64,000 nt of DNA from Octopus vulgaris (taxonomy: Eukaryota). A program made the translations under genes and the position numbers. Numbering within the stretch: position 1 is the first letter of the stretch; each line of letters begins with the position of its first letter. The notes below the pieces were generated by a model. That model made no database searches, was not told where the DNA came from, and was given only the letters and a program-made list of their open reading frames with translations. The stretch covers positions 17,112,001 through 17,176,000 of the forward strand of contig OX597817.1 of NCBI GenBank assembly GCA_951406725.2. Reading direction: 5' to 3'. Below are positions 12,700 through 25,279 of the stretch, in pieces.

Positions 12700-14860
12700 A
12701 ATGAAATTTGCCATTTTTTTTTTTTGGTTTGTTTTTGTTACTGAGTTTGAGAAGATAGTTGCTTTATGGAATGGATAAATCGACTATCAAGTCAACACCC
12801 ATTCTGTTTTTCTTGTGTATTTTAATATTACTTAGTGCTGAGAACATTTCACATAAAAGATTAGAAAAATGGTTTGGAGTACTTTGATGAAAAAATTTTT
12901 CAAGATGCCAAAATTTTCAGGAATGTAATTTTCTGATCTTTATTGAGAATGTTTATTCAAGAATACTTGTTCACGTTCAACAAATACCAAAATAAGCTGT
13001 AAGTATAATGAATTTTTGATTCCAAACAGGTTTGGAGCAAAAGTCAACTGCATTTCCAGATCCTTAAATCCAACCACTTAGATGCAAGTAATTTCAGATC
13101 TGTGAAATAAACTTCATCTGAACGTTTGTACAAATAGTATTGTTTTCTATAACTTTCTGATTTGCTTTACTCAACAAATCCAGGAAATGACTGCCCAGCT
13201 ATAGCCTTTAGAATTTCTATAAACTACTTGGCATGTTGTTCAACATTCTAACAACTGCTTTTTTTTTTGCCTTAAGAAGTGCTTTTACTTTGTAATTCAT
13301 GTTAAAAATGCTGAGTTTACTATCAAAATTCGTGGTGAAACTTAACATCAAGTAAATAGATTTCCTAAAAACCCTAAATATTCATCAAGCGGTTGAAGTC
13401 TTAACCACAACTCAACCATTGTACTTCATTTTATATGGGTAATATAATTACAATCATATTATAATTCAATTTAAAAAGTAAATGAAATTTTCGTTTATAC
13501 AAAATCTTGTAGCAGGAGGTATCAAAATGACTTTGTCACAATTTTCATCCCATCATCGAAATCTTCAAAAGCCTACTTTTATACACAGTACTTTTTGATG
13601 CATGCACAGGAGGAATTTCAACCATGTTTCGTGGTCTGCTACCACAACAGCTCCTTTATAGGATCCAGTTATCTCAAGACATCATCAGGAGGAACCACGT
13701 CCGGTTTCGACCCCTACTCCTTTAAAAGAAAAAACAAGTTTCTGTAAATTACTTCGCAATACCAACATTTCAGCCTACCATATTTGGAGTATATCGGTTA
13801 TAATCGAAAATTCATTTGTCTTTTACGAAATACTTTAACAACACACGTCTTTTCCTGACATGTTTGGAGAATTCATCATGAATAGAATCTCCGTGAAAAT
13901 ATCATGTGATAATCTCTATATATATAAACGGCAAAATGTCTGTCTGTCTGTGTGTGTGCGTGTTCTTTATACAAATCCACAATTTTTTCAGTTAGAGGGC
14001 TCGCACTTTCTATGGTCATTCAAAACCGTCCAAGGGTGGTCATGCACATCTTTACATTTCCCCAGTCACCCCCACAAAGCCATTAAAAAATCAATAGAAG
14101 TGACTTTTTTGTGAATTTTCTATCCAAAACCCAATCAAAATGCCCGAAACTTGATACGCCAATTGAATGCCAGTTAGCTGTATGTGATTAGTCGGAGATT
14201 TGGACAGTACTCACGTGTATGTGCACACGCATGCAGCTGTATATGCATGCACTAGCACTATGACCAGGCGTTGCTGGGTCATAGTGCTAGTAATTAATAA
14301 AGGTGATGATGTAATGCCAACAAGTTCAACAAGATGAATAGAAGCAAATATCTCAGGTATTTAAGTGTACATGAATTAGATTTTCTTTGTTGGCATTCAT
14401 TTTCAGAATTCTGTCTTTAACATTCTGTGTTGTAAACTCAATGACATTTATAATAACGTTCGTAGTATAACATCATTAAATGAAAACCAGGCACACTTAA
14501 AACTTCTTTAATAAACTCGTCATTACTCCATGGTTAACAATGCTAAAATTTGCAGATACTTCATAAAACTTTGCAAAAAAAATTGAATAAGCTCTCGGAT
14601 TGAGTATTTCACCTTTCGTTATTGGAATACATATTCTTTGCGATCTTCAACAGTTTTTTTTTTCTATGTGCAAATGATGTTAGCATGCTTTTTAAAATTC
14701 CAAGTTCAACTTACACCTAGTTCCTTATACAATATACAAAAGGTTTTATCATTGATATTAAACAACACCATAATATTGATCTTGGTTACCAAGTCTGAAA
14801 ATTTCGTCCTCTTTCTTTTGGCTCGATTTAATTTTTTCTTCTAATGATTGGTATCGAAAA
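12700..14860 (-). mobile_element. Decayed hAT (Buster/SPIN/GTF2IRD2-like) transposase
   Basis: Fragments DEFIKEVL, NVKDRILKM and MHQKVLCIK resemble the hAT motifs GEFIKECL, TVxxRIxxM and IHQEALCAK; many stops; interrupted by a Helitron. Confidence 0.55.
13913..14290 (+). mobile_element. Non-autonomous Helitron
   Basis: A|TC start, CTAG|T end, terminal hairpin ACTAGCACTATGACC...GGTCATAGTGCTAGT, no TSD. Confidence 0.85.
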
Positions 14861-16620
14861 ACAATAATGAAAGAATTGAAAAAACAAATGTTAAAATCAC
14901 ATGCGCAAGCAGTCAGTGTCGAGTTACTGATTCGTTAAATATATAATAACATGTAATTTACTGCCGCAAAATATGTAAATTGTCCAAAAAATAATTTAAA
15001 GTTGAGATAGAAACTAGCATCAACTTATAATTTATGGTTTGTAATATGAGGCATTCTTTCGCCGAATATAAAATGCTGACATTAAATGGCACTGAAAAAT
15101 GCATTTCTTTTTCACTTTTAAAATTCTGTGTCAAATTTAGTGGGATTTCATGTTGCAAAAAGATTTTTTTTTTTTTAAAAGACCATCGCGTATCAATGGT
15201 ATGTCTCCTAAAAACCCACCTCAAGTCATCCCGCTCACATATACACCAATGTACTTAAATAGTGATTGTGAACCTATGACGAGCTGGCAAAATCGTTAAC
15301 ACATCAATTTCACCGATGTCGACTATGCCCTTCACCCTTTCGGAATCGATAAATTAAGTACCAGTGAAACACTGGAGACGGTTTTTATCGACTAATCCCC
15401 TCCCACAAAATTTCAAACCTTGTATCTTTAGTAGAAAGGATTATTTTTATAGTGATTATAACATGTAAATATAAAGCTCTCATTAATATTTACATTTAAG
15501 AAATTTTGAGGGTCAAGATAAATCTTGCTGCTTTACTCTACATCAAATTTAACCGAGTAGATAGATCTGTAGTTAGCATGTTCACAGTTTGGTGCTTTAC
15601 CTTAAGTACCCACATTTTGATTCATCACATGATGGTCGATGTCCCTGTAGCATAAATGATAACCTCACTGTTTGAGAGACACATTAGGAATAATCTCGTG
15701 TGAGATTACAACCATCTTTGGCTAGTTTGACCCTGTTGTGTCCACTGCTTTGATTGGTTGGCATTTGGTGCAGTTTGTCTCTCGACTTATTTCGCGCCAG
15801 TGTGTAAGCCAACCAATCACGGCCTTTGGATAAGGTCTCGTGACACTGTTTTTCTGATCCTTCATTTGAGCCACCTAAATACTATATAAAGCCCAGCATT
15901 CACTATTCCAGGTCTTTGGCTCCAGATCTTCTAAGGTCTAGTCACTGGCCACAGAGCTACTCAGCTGTGTTCCAGTTCCAGTGACAGATGACCAGCCAGC
16001 TAGCCATGAAGACGCTAGATGATTTTTTTTTATTTTTAAGGGTTGGTAAGTCTGGAAAGATGAAATGATCCTAGTGGGATTTGAACTCAACGTGAAGAGA
16101 CAGAAGAAATACCACAAAGCATTTTCCGACACTCTAACAATTTTGTCAATCCATCACCATAATAATAATAGTAATATTTTTTTCTAATTATTGGTACGAG
16201 ACCAACAGAAGTCGATTATACTGACCCCAGTTCTCAACTGGCATTTATTTTATCAACCCCAAATGGATGGAAGGCAAGATTGATCTTGGCGGTATTTGAA
16301 CTCGGACGTAAAGAGCCGGAAGAAATGTCGCTAAGCATTTTGTCTGACATACTAACAAGTCTGTCAAATCACCACCTCAATTATTGTTTCAAATTTTGGC
16401 ACAAAACTAGAATTTTTTTTTGTGTGAGTGAAGGATAGTTCAATTCATTGACCCCAGTATTTCAACTGGTGTCTCTTTTAATGACCCCAAAAGGACCAAA
16501 GGCAAGATTGATCTCGACGGTATTTGAACTCAAAATGCAGAGCAGGAAATGCTGCTAAGCATTTTGTCTGGCATGCTAACGATTCTACCAGTATGACACT
16601 TTTATAATAATAACGTCCAG

Positions 16621-16988
16621 AACCAACCACATGGTTCTGGGTTCAGTCCCACTGTGTGGCATCTTGGGCAAGTGTCTTCTGCTATAGCCCCGGGCCGACC
16701 AATGCCTTGTGAGTGGATTTGGTAGACGGAAACTGAAAGAAGCCTGTCGTATATATGTATATATATATATATGTATGTGTGTGTATGTTTGTCCCCCTAG
16801 CATTGCTTGACAACCGATGCTGGTGTGTTTATGTCCCCGTCACTTAGCGGTTTGGCAAAAGAGACCGATAGAATAAGTACTGGGCTTACAAAGAATAAGT
16901 CCCAGGGTCGAGTTGCTCGATTAAAGGCGGTGCTCCAGCATGGCCACAGTCAAATGACTGAAACAAGTAAAAAAGAGAGTAAAAGAGT
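16621..16988 (+). mobile_element. SINE family B (tRNA head, CORE-like CTTGGGCAAGTG, internal TA/TG microsatellite, GTAAAAGA tail)
   Basis: Near-identical copies at 29630, 32238, 37330, 43660, 50479, 53254. Confidence 0.85.
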
Positions 16989-18369
16989 ATAGACATAGTA
17001 GAATTAATGTAAAAATACTTATGAACGCCATAAGCTAATACACTTTCTGAAAATATACCTAATCAAAGGATATTTTGTTGTCTCAACAAGTCGCAACAAC
17101 TGTCCGACTTGACTTTCCTTCATCAGTTTAATGTATCTTTACAATTACCTTCTGTAATGTCTTGCTAATCTGGCATTATTGTGCTTTATAAAAGAGTCAA
17201 TACAATATGTTTACCATCAAAAGACTTCAACATACATTATACACACTTATTACTTATTCCCTTTTTAACGTAACACATGATTAATAGATCCATGCACTGA
17301 ATGGCAAACACGATTTATAGATCCACATACTGAATGGCAAAGGGAAATTTATGTTTTAGTTGGCGAAATGAAATAAAAAGCCTGGCGGCAGTTGAGAGTT
17401 TCCCTGAATGAAAAACGGAGATAATTTCAAAAATTTAAATCTATTTCTCAAGTTAATTCAAATACTTAGGAGATAGTTTGATTTGTGTTTGCAGATAAGG
17501 GAGATAACTATGGGTATGTTTCAGTATATTAGACCTTATCAACATAATAAAGTGTAGTAAAACCTGCAGAATATAGGGTAGAATTTTTACAAATAGAAAT
17601 GTATTAAAAAAATGGGGACGGGGGTCTACTAATATTTGCACAATTAAAATAAGAATGAGCAAATAACTCAAAAATGCCATTGGTATGAATTTAGATAATT
17701 CAAAGAATGATGCACTGAATGAACCTATTGAATTAATTATCCAAATTCAGGCCATCAGCTCATTGGAATTAATTTACCATAGCTCATTTTATTTTTAATC
17801 GTGCAAATTATGTTGATCAAAATTTTTGATAATTTAAAAATTTTTTAATGTAAAAATTTATCAAATGATTTGCAGGCTTTGTTGGGCTGCAGTAAATTGA
17901 TGAGGTCAACTGGGTAGAAACATGTTCGTGTTTATCTCTTGCTTGCAGACTAAAATGAGACTGCTTTTTCCGTAAGCTTGTAAATTAAGTTGAAAAATTA
18001 ATTCTTCAATTTATCTCCTCTTCTCTTTAAAAGTTGCAAACATTTGGCACGAGTTAGTAAGGTAACTAAGAATTTCTTTGCTTAGGGCATTCAGTAAGTT
18101 GTCATTCATCTTAATTCTAGATCCGTGTCTTATCGACTCAATTTCTTCATTTTTAATTATCCGAGTACTTTACATTATTTGAATCCTGCCGAGGTTACTT
18201 TCGCATTTCATCCTTCTGGAATCAATAAAATAAAGAAGCAGTCAAGTGTACAACGGAATCGATTTAATTAACTCAACCCTTCCTCCATAAAAAATATATA
18301 TGTATATATATATATATATGTAACGGTTAGTTCTTCGTTTCAGTCGAGGGTCACCAATTTGTAATGGTT

Positions 18370-18645
18370 GCCAGCCTCATCTGGCCCCCGTGCCGGTGGC
18401 ATGTAAAAAGCATCATCCAATCATGGCCGTTTGCCAGCCTTGTCTGGCACCTGTGCAGGTGGCACATAAAAAGCACCCACTACACTCTCGGAGTGGTTGG
18501 CGTTAGGAAGTGCATCCAGCTGTAGAAACACTGCCAGATCAGACTGGGCTTGGTGCAGCCTTCTGGCTTCCCAGACCCCAGTTGAACCGTCCAACCCATG
18601 CTAGCATGGAAAACGGACGTTAAACGATGATGATGATGATGATGT
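18370..18645 (+). mobile_element. Family A copy
   Basis: Two GTGGCAYRTAAAAAGCA subrepeats + tail. Confidence 0.85.
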
Positions 18646-18847
18646 TGTTAAGGTGTTGGTTGCCAGTGTAACAGTTTGTAAGATGAAAGAAGAACAGTGA
18701 TTGAAGTTGTAAAGAGATATTTATTTACCGTTCCTTTGTATATATCCAAAACCACGACGGGATGGTATGTATAACTAATAAATGGAAAAGCATGCGAGGT
18801 AAAAAGAGTTCATTTCGGCTGGTATGTGTGTACATGTTCTCATAGTT

Positions 18848-19414
18848 CGAGGGTGAGTCAAAAAATAATGCCATTTTGTTTAGGACAGGTGTAATTACCA
18901 ACACAGAAACATGTATCATACATCAAAATGAAGCTGGTCCTCTGAAGATCACATCCCTTCTTCTCAACATAGTCACCGTTTCTCTCAATAGCAATGTTCC
19001 ACCTTCGAATGAGAGCATGTATTCCTGCCCCGTAAAATTCTGTTGACTGTTCTTTGAGCTACTTCCTCACTACAGTTTTCACTTCCTCGTCACTGGAATA
19101 ATGTTTGCTTCTCAAACAGTCTTTCATGGGGCTGAAGAGATGATAGTCTGAAGGCGATAAATTATTCCAGTGTCAAGGAAGTGGAAACTGTAGTGAATAA
19201 GTGGCTCAAAGTACAGTCAACAGAATTTTACAGGGCAGGTATACATGCTCTCATTCGAAGGTGGAACATTGCAACTGAGAGAAATGGTGACTATGTTGAG
19301 AAGTAGGGATGTGATCCACAGAGGACCAGCTTCATTTTGATGCATGATACATGTTCCTGTGCTGATAATTATACCTGTCCTAAACAAAATGGCATTATTT
19401 TTGACTCATCCTCG
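18848..19414. mobile_element. Mariner-derived foldback element (two 3' ends tail-out)
   Basis: Arms 18848-19102 and 19161-19414 are inverted repeats (about 22 differences); CGAGG termini, TA on the right; each arm encodes a mariner C-terminus (EFYxAGIHALIRRWNIAxERNGDYVEK*). Confidence 0.9.
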
Positions 19415-19659
19415 TAGTATATATATAGAGAGATATGGTAATGTTACAGAGAAAAGAAAGTGAGTTACTGAAAGTGAGAGTGATGGGACAAAACAACTGC
19501 TTCGTTGGTGAGTTACCATAGATGTATCTTTGTGCTTTTTCATTTAGAGACGACAGTGTTGCATTGTTGTGAAGTGCATCATAGATTGCATTGCAGTATC
19601 GTGCTTTCTGTTGCGCGTACTGTAACAAGTGGAATGAGGGAGCATCTTGATGGTGACAA

Positions 19660-21157
19660 TGAATTGGGATGTGGTAAGTCTATTTCTGCATAAGCGGATG
19701 ATGTCACCATCACCATATCTGATGAAGCTCAGCTACATTGTGTAGAGAATGCAATCAAATGATACGAGGCGGTGGCAGGGGCAAAAATTAACAAAGTCCA
19801 TCGGCTTGAGGTTTGGCACCTGGAGTGGCAAGACGATACCATCCAGTGTCATGGGACACTGGACGGAAGGACCAATTAAGTTGCTTGGAGTCTGGTTTGG
19901 ACCAGATTCCCAGATGGAGAAGAATTGGAGTGAGGTGGCCCTAATCTGGACCTGGTCAGGAAGGGCGCTATCCCTGAAAGGGAGGGCGGAGGTGGTGCAG
20001 GTGTATATTGCATCTGTTATCGCCTACCATCTGACCATTGTCCTTTGCTCTGATTCATGGCTAAACAAGTTAGAACACCTACTCTTCCGCTTTTTGCGGA
20101 GGGGAGAAAAACCGCTTGTGAGGCATTCTGTCTGCTGCCAAAAACCGCTAAAGGGTGGGTTAGGAATGCCGTGGCTGATGATGCGCAAACATACGCTGAG
20201 GCTGATACACCTCTGGCTCTACCTGGAGGGTGACCAGGTGTGAAATCCGCAGGTGGAGACATTCTTTCCGCGATGGGCCTCCTTGGAGGAATTCAAACCC
20301 AATTTCATTAAAAGACGGAACTTGACTGAATGGCAAAAAGAGTGCCAACGGGCACTCATGCTAATCCACAAGGCAGGCAAGGCCGGCTACGTGAGTACCA
20401 CCTCGATACTATATAGTGGGCTGGTGGAGTTCAAGTGGGATGACGTCCTAGGAGAAGCTCTGGGGCTCGACGAGGGCTAGCTAGCCAACCTGTTTCAAAG
20501 AACTTTCGTCTCAGAGTATCTATAGGAGTGCTTTACATGTTCGTAATAAACTGTCTAGGCAGGGGATGTCTGTGCTACTAGCATGCCCAAGGTGCGGGCA
20601 GGATGTTGAAACCATTCTGCACGCCCTTGTACAGTGTCCAGAGCTTTCGGGCTTGATAGTTTATGCAGAACACGTGCTGAGTGCATGATTAAGATTGCAC
20701 CGCCATCCGGACTATCAAAGGAAAGTAAGACATGTTTTTTATTCACAGTTGCAGTGTTGAAAGAGTGTGTATGGAAAACTAGAATGTAAGGCGTCGCGAC
20801 GGGAATATTCATTTTCATCCCTGGTTTGCTATATTACTTTAGATATCATCTGAAGAGCAAGATAGGGCTGGAGAAAAGACGCTTGTCGCGAAATGCATAC
20901 GGAAAAAGATGGAACGATGTGGAAAGGAAGTTGGGGGTGAATGACCCTGCTTAATTTATCTGTAGTAAAAGTGTACGGTGTAGCCAGTGGACTTCACGGC
21001 TAAAGTGTAAAATTTTAAGCGTAAAATGTTAATTATATCTAACATAAATCATCATATTTTTAAAAACACATTAAACGAACTCATGAACACTATTTGTTTG
21101 TAATGTCCTGTATTATCCCCTCTATGTATTGATATTGTATTATCATAATAAAGAATA
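19660..21157 (+). mobile_element. 5'-truncated L1/Tx1-clade non-LTR retrotransposon
   Basis: Disrupted ORF2: *ADDVT (YADD), IKLLGVWFG, RALSLKGRAEV, GGLGMP, CPRCGQDVETILHALVQC zinc knuckle; AATAAA near the 3' end; 17-bp TSD CATCTTGATGGTGACAA at 19643 and 21158. Confidence 0.92.
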
Positions 21158-21369
21158 CATCTTGATGGTGACAAAGGTTGTCATCTTTTTCCTCTGGTTT
21201 AGCGACTGTTGATATGAAAACTGTAGTTCTTTAGTTTTTTGTTCAACCGGTCAGCCAGAATTGGTTCTCACTAACTTTGGTTTACGGAGTTCTTGTTTTT
21301 ATAACTATCCAAAACCAGCCTTAAGGATAGATATATTGTTGAGAACAATAGATTTCGTTGGCAGTCTGT

Positions 21370-21550
21370 TATCTCTATTCTAGCTTTTGGTGGCCTAGAA
21401 GAGGTTAGAAGGGTTAAGTGGCAAAGACATTATTCTGCTTAGTGAAGGCATCTGGCAAATGTAACTGCTGTCACTCAGAAAACTATTGTTTTACCATGAG
21501 AAAAGTGCTGTTGAACTGTTAAGTGAAATTCAGTTATTGAGGATCAAATC
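21370..21550. repeat. Unclassified dispersed repeat, second copy at about 24800-24975
   Basis: TTCTAGCTTTTGGTGG...GAAAAGTGCT...GAACTGTTAAGTGAAATTC shared by both copies. Confidence 0.75.
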
Positions 21551-21573
21551 CACGCTATGCCTGCATGAAGCCA

Positions 21574-21627
<54 letters not shown>

Positions 21628-21734
21628 GTAGTATAGTATAGTCTTGAACCACGATTAGAAATCAGCATTTACATAAGTAATATGTGAAAACAAAAGTTCG
21701 ATACAAGGAAAGCCGCTTATGATAATTAGGGACA

Positions 21735-22165
21735 ATGTATCGGGATTTGTCAGTGAACCATTTCTTCCAGCCTGTGGCGTTTGAGACATTTGGAAGAGCT
21801 GGATCGCTAACAGCAAAGTCCTTGTCATTGTTGGCGGCTTGCCTTACCGAGGCGTCAGGTGATACTCGTGAGGGTGCTTGGTTGTTCCAACGCTATCACC
21901 TGTGGTAATATCTGTTTCTTTATTACCCACAAGGGTCTAAACATAGAGAGGACAAACAAGGACAGACAAACGGATCAAGTCGATTACATCGATCCTAGTG
22001 CGTAACTGGTACTTAATTTATCGACCCTGAAAGGATGAAAGGCAAAGTCGACCTCGGCGGAATTTGAACCCAGAACGTAATGGCAGACAAAATACGGCTA
22101 CGCATTTTGCCCGGCGTGCTAACGTTTCTGCCAGCTCGCCGTGGTAATATCATGACCATGCTGAC
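21735..22165 (+). mobile_element. CRE-type (restriction-like endonuclease) non-LTR retrotransposon 3' fragment, split by a SINE
   Basis: YRDLSVNHFFQPVAFETFGRAG...LTEASGDTREGAWLFQR...RGN matches the RLE C-terminus (PxAxETxGxxG...QRxSxAxxRGN). Confidence 0.7.
21913..22140 (-). mobile_element. SINE family C
   Basis: 11-bp TSD GTGGTAATATC at 21902 and 22141. Confidence 0.88.
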
Positions 22166-22324
22166 TTGCTTCAGTAGGTTCCATTGGACCTTATGGTGAG
22201 CAACCAACCGAAGTGTTGAATAAATGCTCTTTTCTTTCTTTCTTCCTCTTTTTTCTTCTTTCTTTGGTCATGCTTGTGTTTTCTTCGGTTTGAAATTTGT
22301 ACTTTAATGTGGTTTTGTATTATA

Positions 22325-23185
22325 TGGAGAGGGGGCTGCAAAATTATAAAACGGGGTAAATTAGTAATTTCTGATTTCTCATTATTTTCTCCCTACCTGC
22401 TCGAAATCATTATATTGCAACTATTGCATCATCATTTTGTAATGCTGCATCATCTTCAGGTGCAAAAATTGGCCAGCATAGTTGTTGGAGTTTGGAGCAT
22501 AATCAAATGACAGATACATTTTTTCGAGAAATTTTCCCTCAACTTTGACCCCATTGTAACTGAGGTTGCTAATAAAGTATCTGGATAATTTTTGGTGTTT
22601 AACAATCAACATTCTTTTTTCTGTTGGATTTCAACTCAAATTTTTCCTGCACTTACGTCTGATTTGATAATTTTCAGGTTTCAAAAAAAATGATGTCTAA
22701 AATGGGGTAAAATGAGTTATGACTTATTTCAACAATTTCTTCACTTTACTGCATAGTGTGTAAATATATCGGGAAGACAGCCACTCCAGCAGATCGTGAA
22801 CAAGATATAGAAAATATTTTATGCTGACTTTTTCTTTTTTATTTAGTCAAGTTCCCTGATCCTTTGTTATTTGACCTAGATATTAATTTATTACTCTTTT
22901 AAAGCATTTCTGATATCTTAGGATGGATATTGATGTGCATGAGTCTGTTTTCAAATGAGCTCCTGAAGAATTGAAGGAGAAAATTTACCTTATCCTGACT
23001 TACTCATTTTGCCCCAGCAAATTTGTCTTTTATATACTGAAAGAGAACTGATAATTTTCTGAAATAGTGACCAGATCATGTTGTGATGTTTTTAATGTAT
23101 TTAGAAAAGGCATAGTGAACATTTGTAAAAATGATATTCACTAAAAGAATACAGTAAAAATTACTCATTTTGCCCCACCTACCTA
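22325..23185. mobile_element. Decayed pogo-like non-autonomous element
   Basis: Repeated GGGGYAAAATGAGTAA-like motifs, forward near 22352 and 22704, inverted near 22999 and 23161. Confidence 0.45.
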
Positions 23186-24073
23186 CATATCATATATATA
23201 CTTGTTATATATGTAATTATTAAATTAGTTTCGTATATAAATATATTTTATTTGCCTTTAACGTGTATGTGCATTATTATATCGTTTTGTATATCACGTT
23301 CGAAAAGTATAAATATATTTGTAATCATATTTTATCGTTAATAAATTGGAACCGAAATAAAGTTAGTGTAATCTGAAATGCTTCCTCCTAAAGTGGTCAC
23401 AATAAACAGCTTCCACTATATCTAAAAGTTACCATTAACAGGCGAAATCTTAGAAAGCTGGAGGCATTGAAAAATACCAAGACTATCTGTAAATTCTTAT
23501 GTAATGAGGGGGCATTAATCATTGCTGGCTATCGTTGCCGTTATTTGAGCACGGTAGATAACTCCGGACATGTTGCATGACCACCCTCAGTGAAAATTCT
23601 ATTGAATTCAGTGAAACGAAGTAACCACACGGCAAAGCCCATAAACATCACCGTATTTGCTGTATTTCGTCTACTGTTACGTTCTGGGTTCAAATTCCGC
23701 CGAGGTCGACTTTGCCTTTCATCCTTTCGGGGTCGATAAATTAAGTACCAGTTACGCACTGGGGTCGATGTAATCGACTTAATCCGTTTGTCTGTCCTTG
23801 TTTGTCCCCTCTATGTTTAGCCCCTTGTGGGCAGTAAAGAAATACATATTTGCCTATCTTTTTAATGCTCTCTGCATTAAGTATATTCAGCTTGATGTTT
23901 TGTTTTTTTTTGCGCTGATAGTATTTCTATATAATTTATTCACTTAGCAAATCCTAGTTTTTTGCAGGGTTTTTTTTTTTTCGCTTACTAGTGTACATTT
24001 TTGTACATCTGTTCAGCGAATTTTCCATCACTATTTCGACAGAGTGAATTCCATACTTCCCTGAGGATATCTC

Positions 24074-24529
24074 GAGCTGGCAGAATCGTTAGCACGCCGG
24101 GTGTAATGCGTAGCCGTATTTCGTCTGCCGTTACGTTGTGAGTTCAAATTCCGCCGAGGTCGACTTTGCCTTTCATCATTTCGGAGTCGATAAATTTAGT
24201 ACCAGTAAGGCGGCGAGCTGGCAGAAACGTTAGGGTGCTGGGCGAAATGCTTAGCGGTATTTCGGCTGCCGTTACGTTGTGAGTTCAAATTCCGCCCAGG
24301 TCGACTTTGCCTTTCATCCTTTCGGGGTCGATAAATTAAGTACCAGTTACGCGCTGGGGTCGATGTAATCGACTTAATACCTATGTTTGTCCCCTCTATG
24401 TTTAGCCCCTTGTGGGTAATAAAGAAATAGATAAATTTAGTACCAGTTACGCACTAGGGTCAATATAATCGACTTAATCCCATTGTCTATCCCCTCTATG
24501 TTTAGCCCCTTGTGGGCAACAAAGAAATA
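24074..24529 (+). mobile_element. SINE family C with a second family C copy nested inside (24207-24429)
   Basis: 18-bp TSD GATAAATTTAGTACCAGT at 24189 and 24430. Confidence 0.9.
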
Positions 24530-25036
24530 TATCTATAAGATTGGAACATATCCAGAGTTTTCTCCGGTACTTGCCGAAAGAATTCCAATAATATTAGTCT
24601 ATGTTGTTGTTGTTTACTCCCTCACTACATACTTATTTCTAGTTGGCTTTTTTAATGAGCCTGTTTTTTAATCTAAAAGTAAGAGTAACGGGATGTTAAA
24701 TAAATTAATTCGAGCCAGCCGTCACTTGCGAATAAGTATGGCTTGCCAACTTGTATCATGCCTTCATTGATTGTTGTAGGTGCCTCTGGAGGTGCGAGCA
24801 GATTCTAGCTTTTGGTGGTCTAGATGAGATTAGAAGGGTCAAGTGGCAAAGAAATTATTCTGCTTAGCGAAGGCATCTGGCCAATGTCCCTTCTGTCACT
24901 CAGAAAAACTATTGTTTTACCATGAGAAAAGTGCTATTGAACTGTTAAGTGAAATTCGGCTAACGAGGAGCAAACCTTTGAGCCAGTGGAACACCTAAGA
25001 TTTGATAGATAGGAGGAGAATACCCGTACGCAGCTG

Positions 25037-25269
25037 GGTTAAACTAGAGCGTTACACCATTCAAAGAAACAAAAAAAATGTGTGTAATAGGTGTAAAACA
25101 ACTCAGACGCTTTCGGAAATTCCCGATGTGAATTTTCCGAGGACTCTCCCCCACTTCCCTTTCGCGTGCGCGCATTGTTTTTTCATATTCGTTCAGAGGA
25201 AGTTGTTTTACACCTATTACACACATTTTTTTTTTGTTTCTTTGAATGGTGTAACGCTTTAGTTTAACC
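25037..25269. mobile_element. MITE with about 67-bp TIRs and 8-bp TSD (Merlin-like GG ends) upstream of DTWD2
   Basis: TIRs 25037-25103 and 25201-25269 differ by one substitution and A-tract length; CGCAGCTG duplicated at 25029 and 25270. Confidence 0.9.
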
Positions 25270-25279
25270 CGCAGCTGTT

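Noticed and set aside
17000-18130. Possible decayed coding sequence on the - strand
   Set aside because: Short stop-ridden frames without a recognisable motif; cannot be assigned
19749-20243. 164-aa ORF as a host gene
   Set aside because: Fragment of a disrupted LINE ORF2 bounded by a TSD
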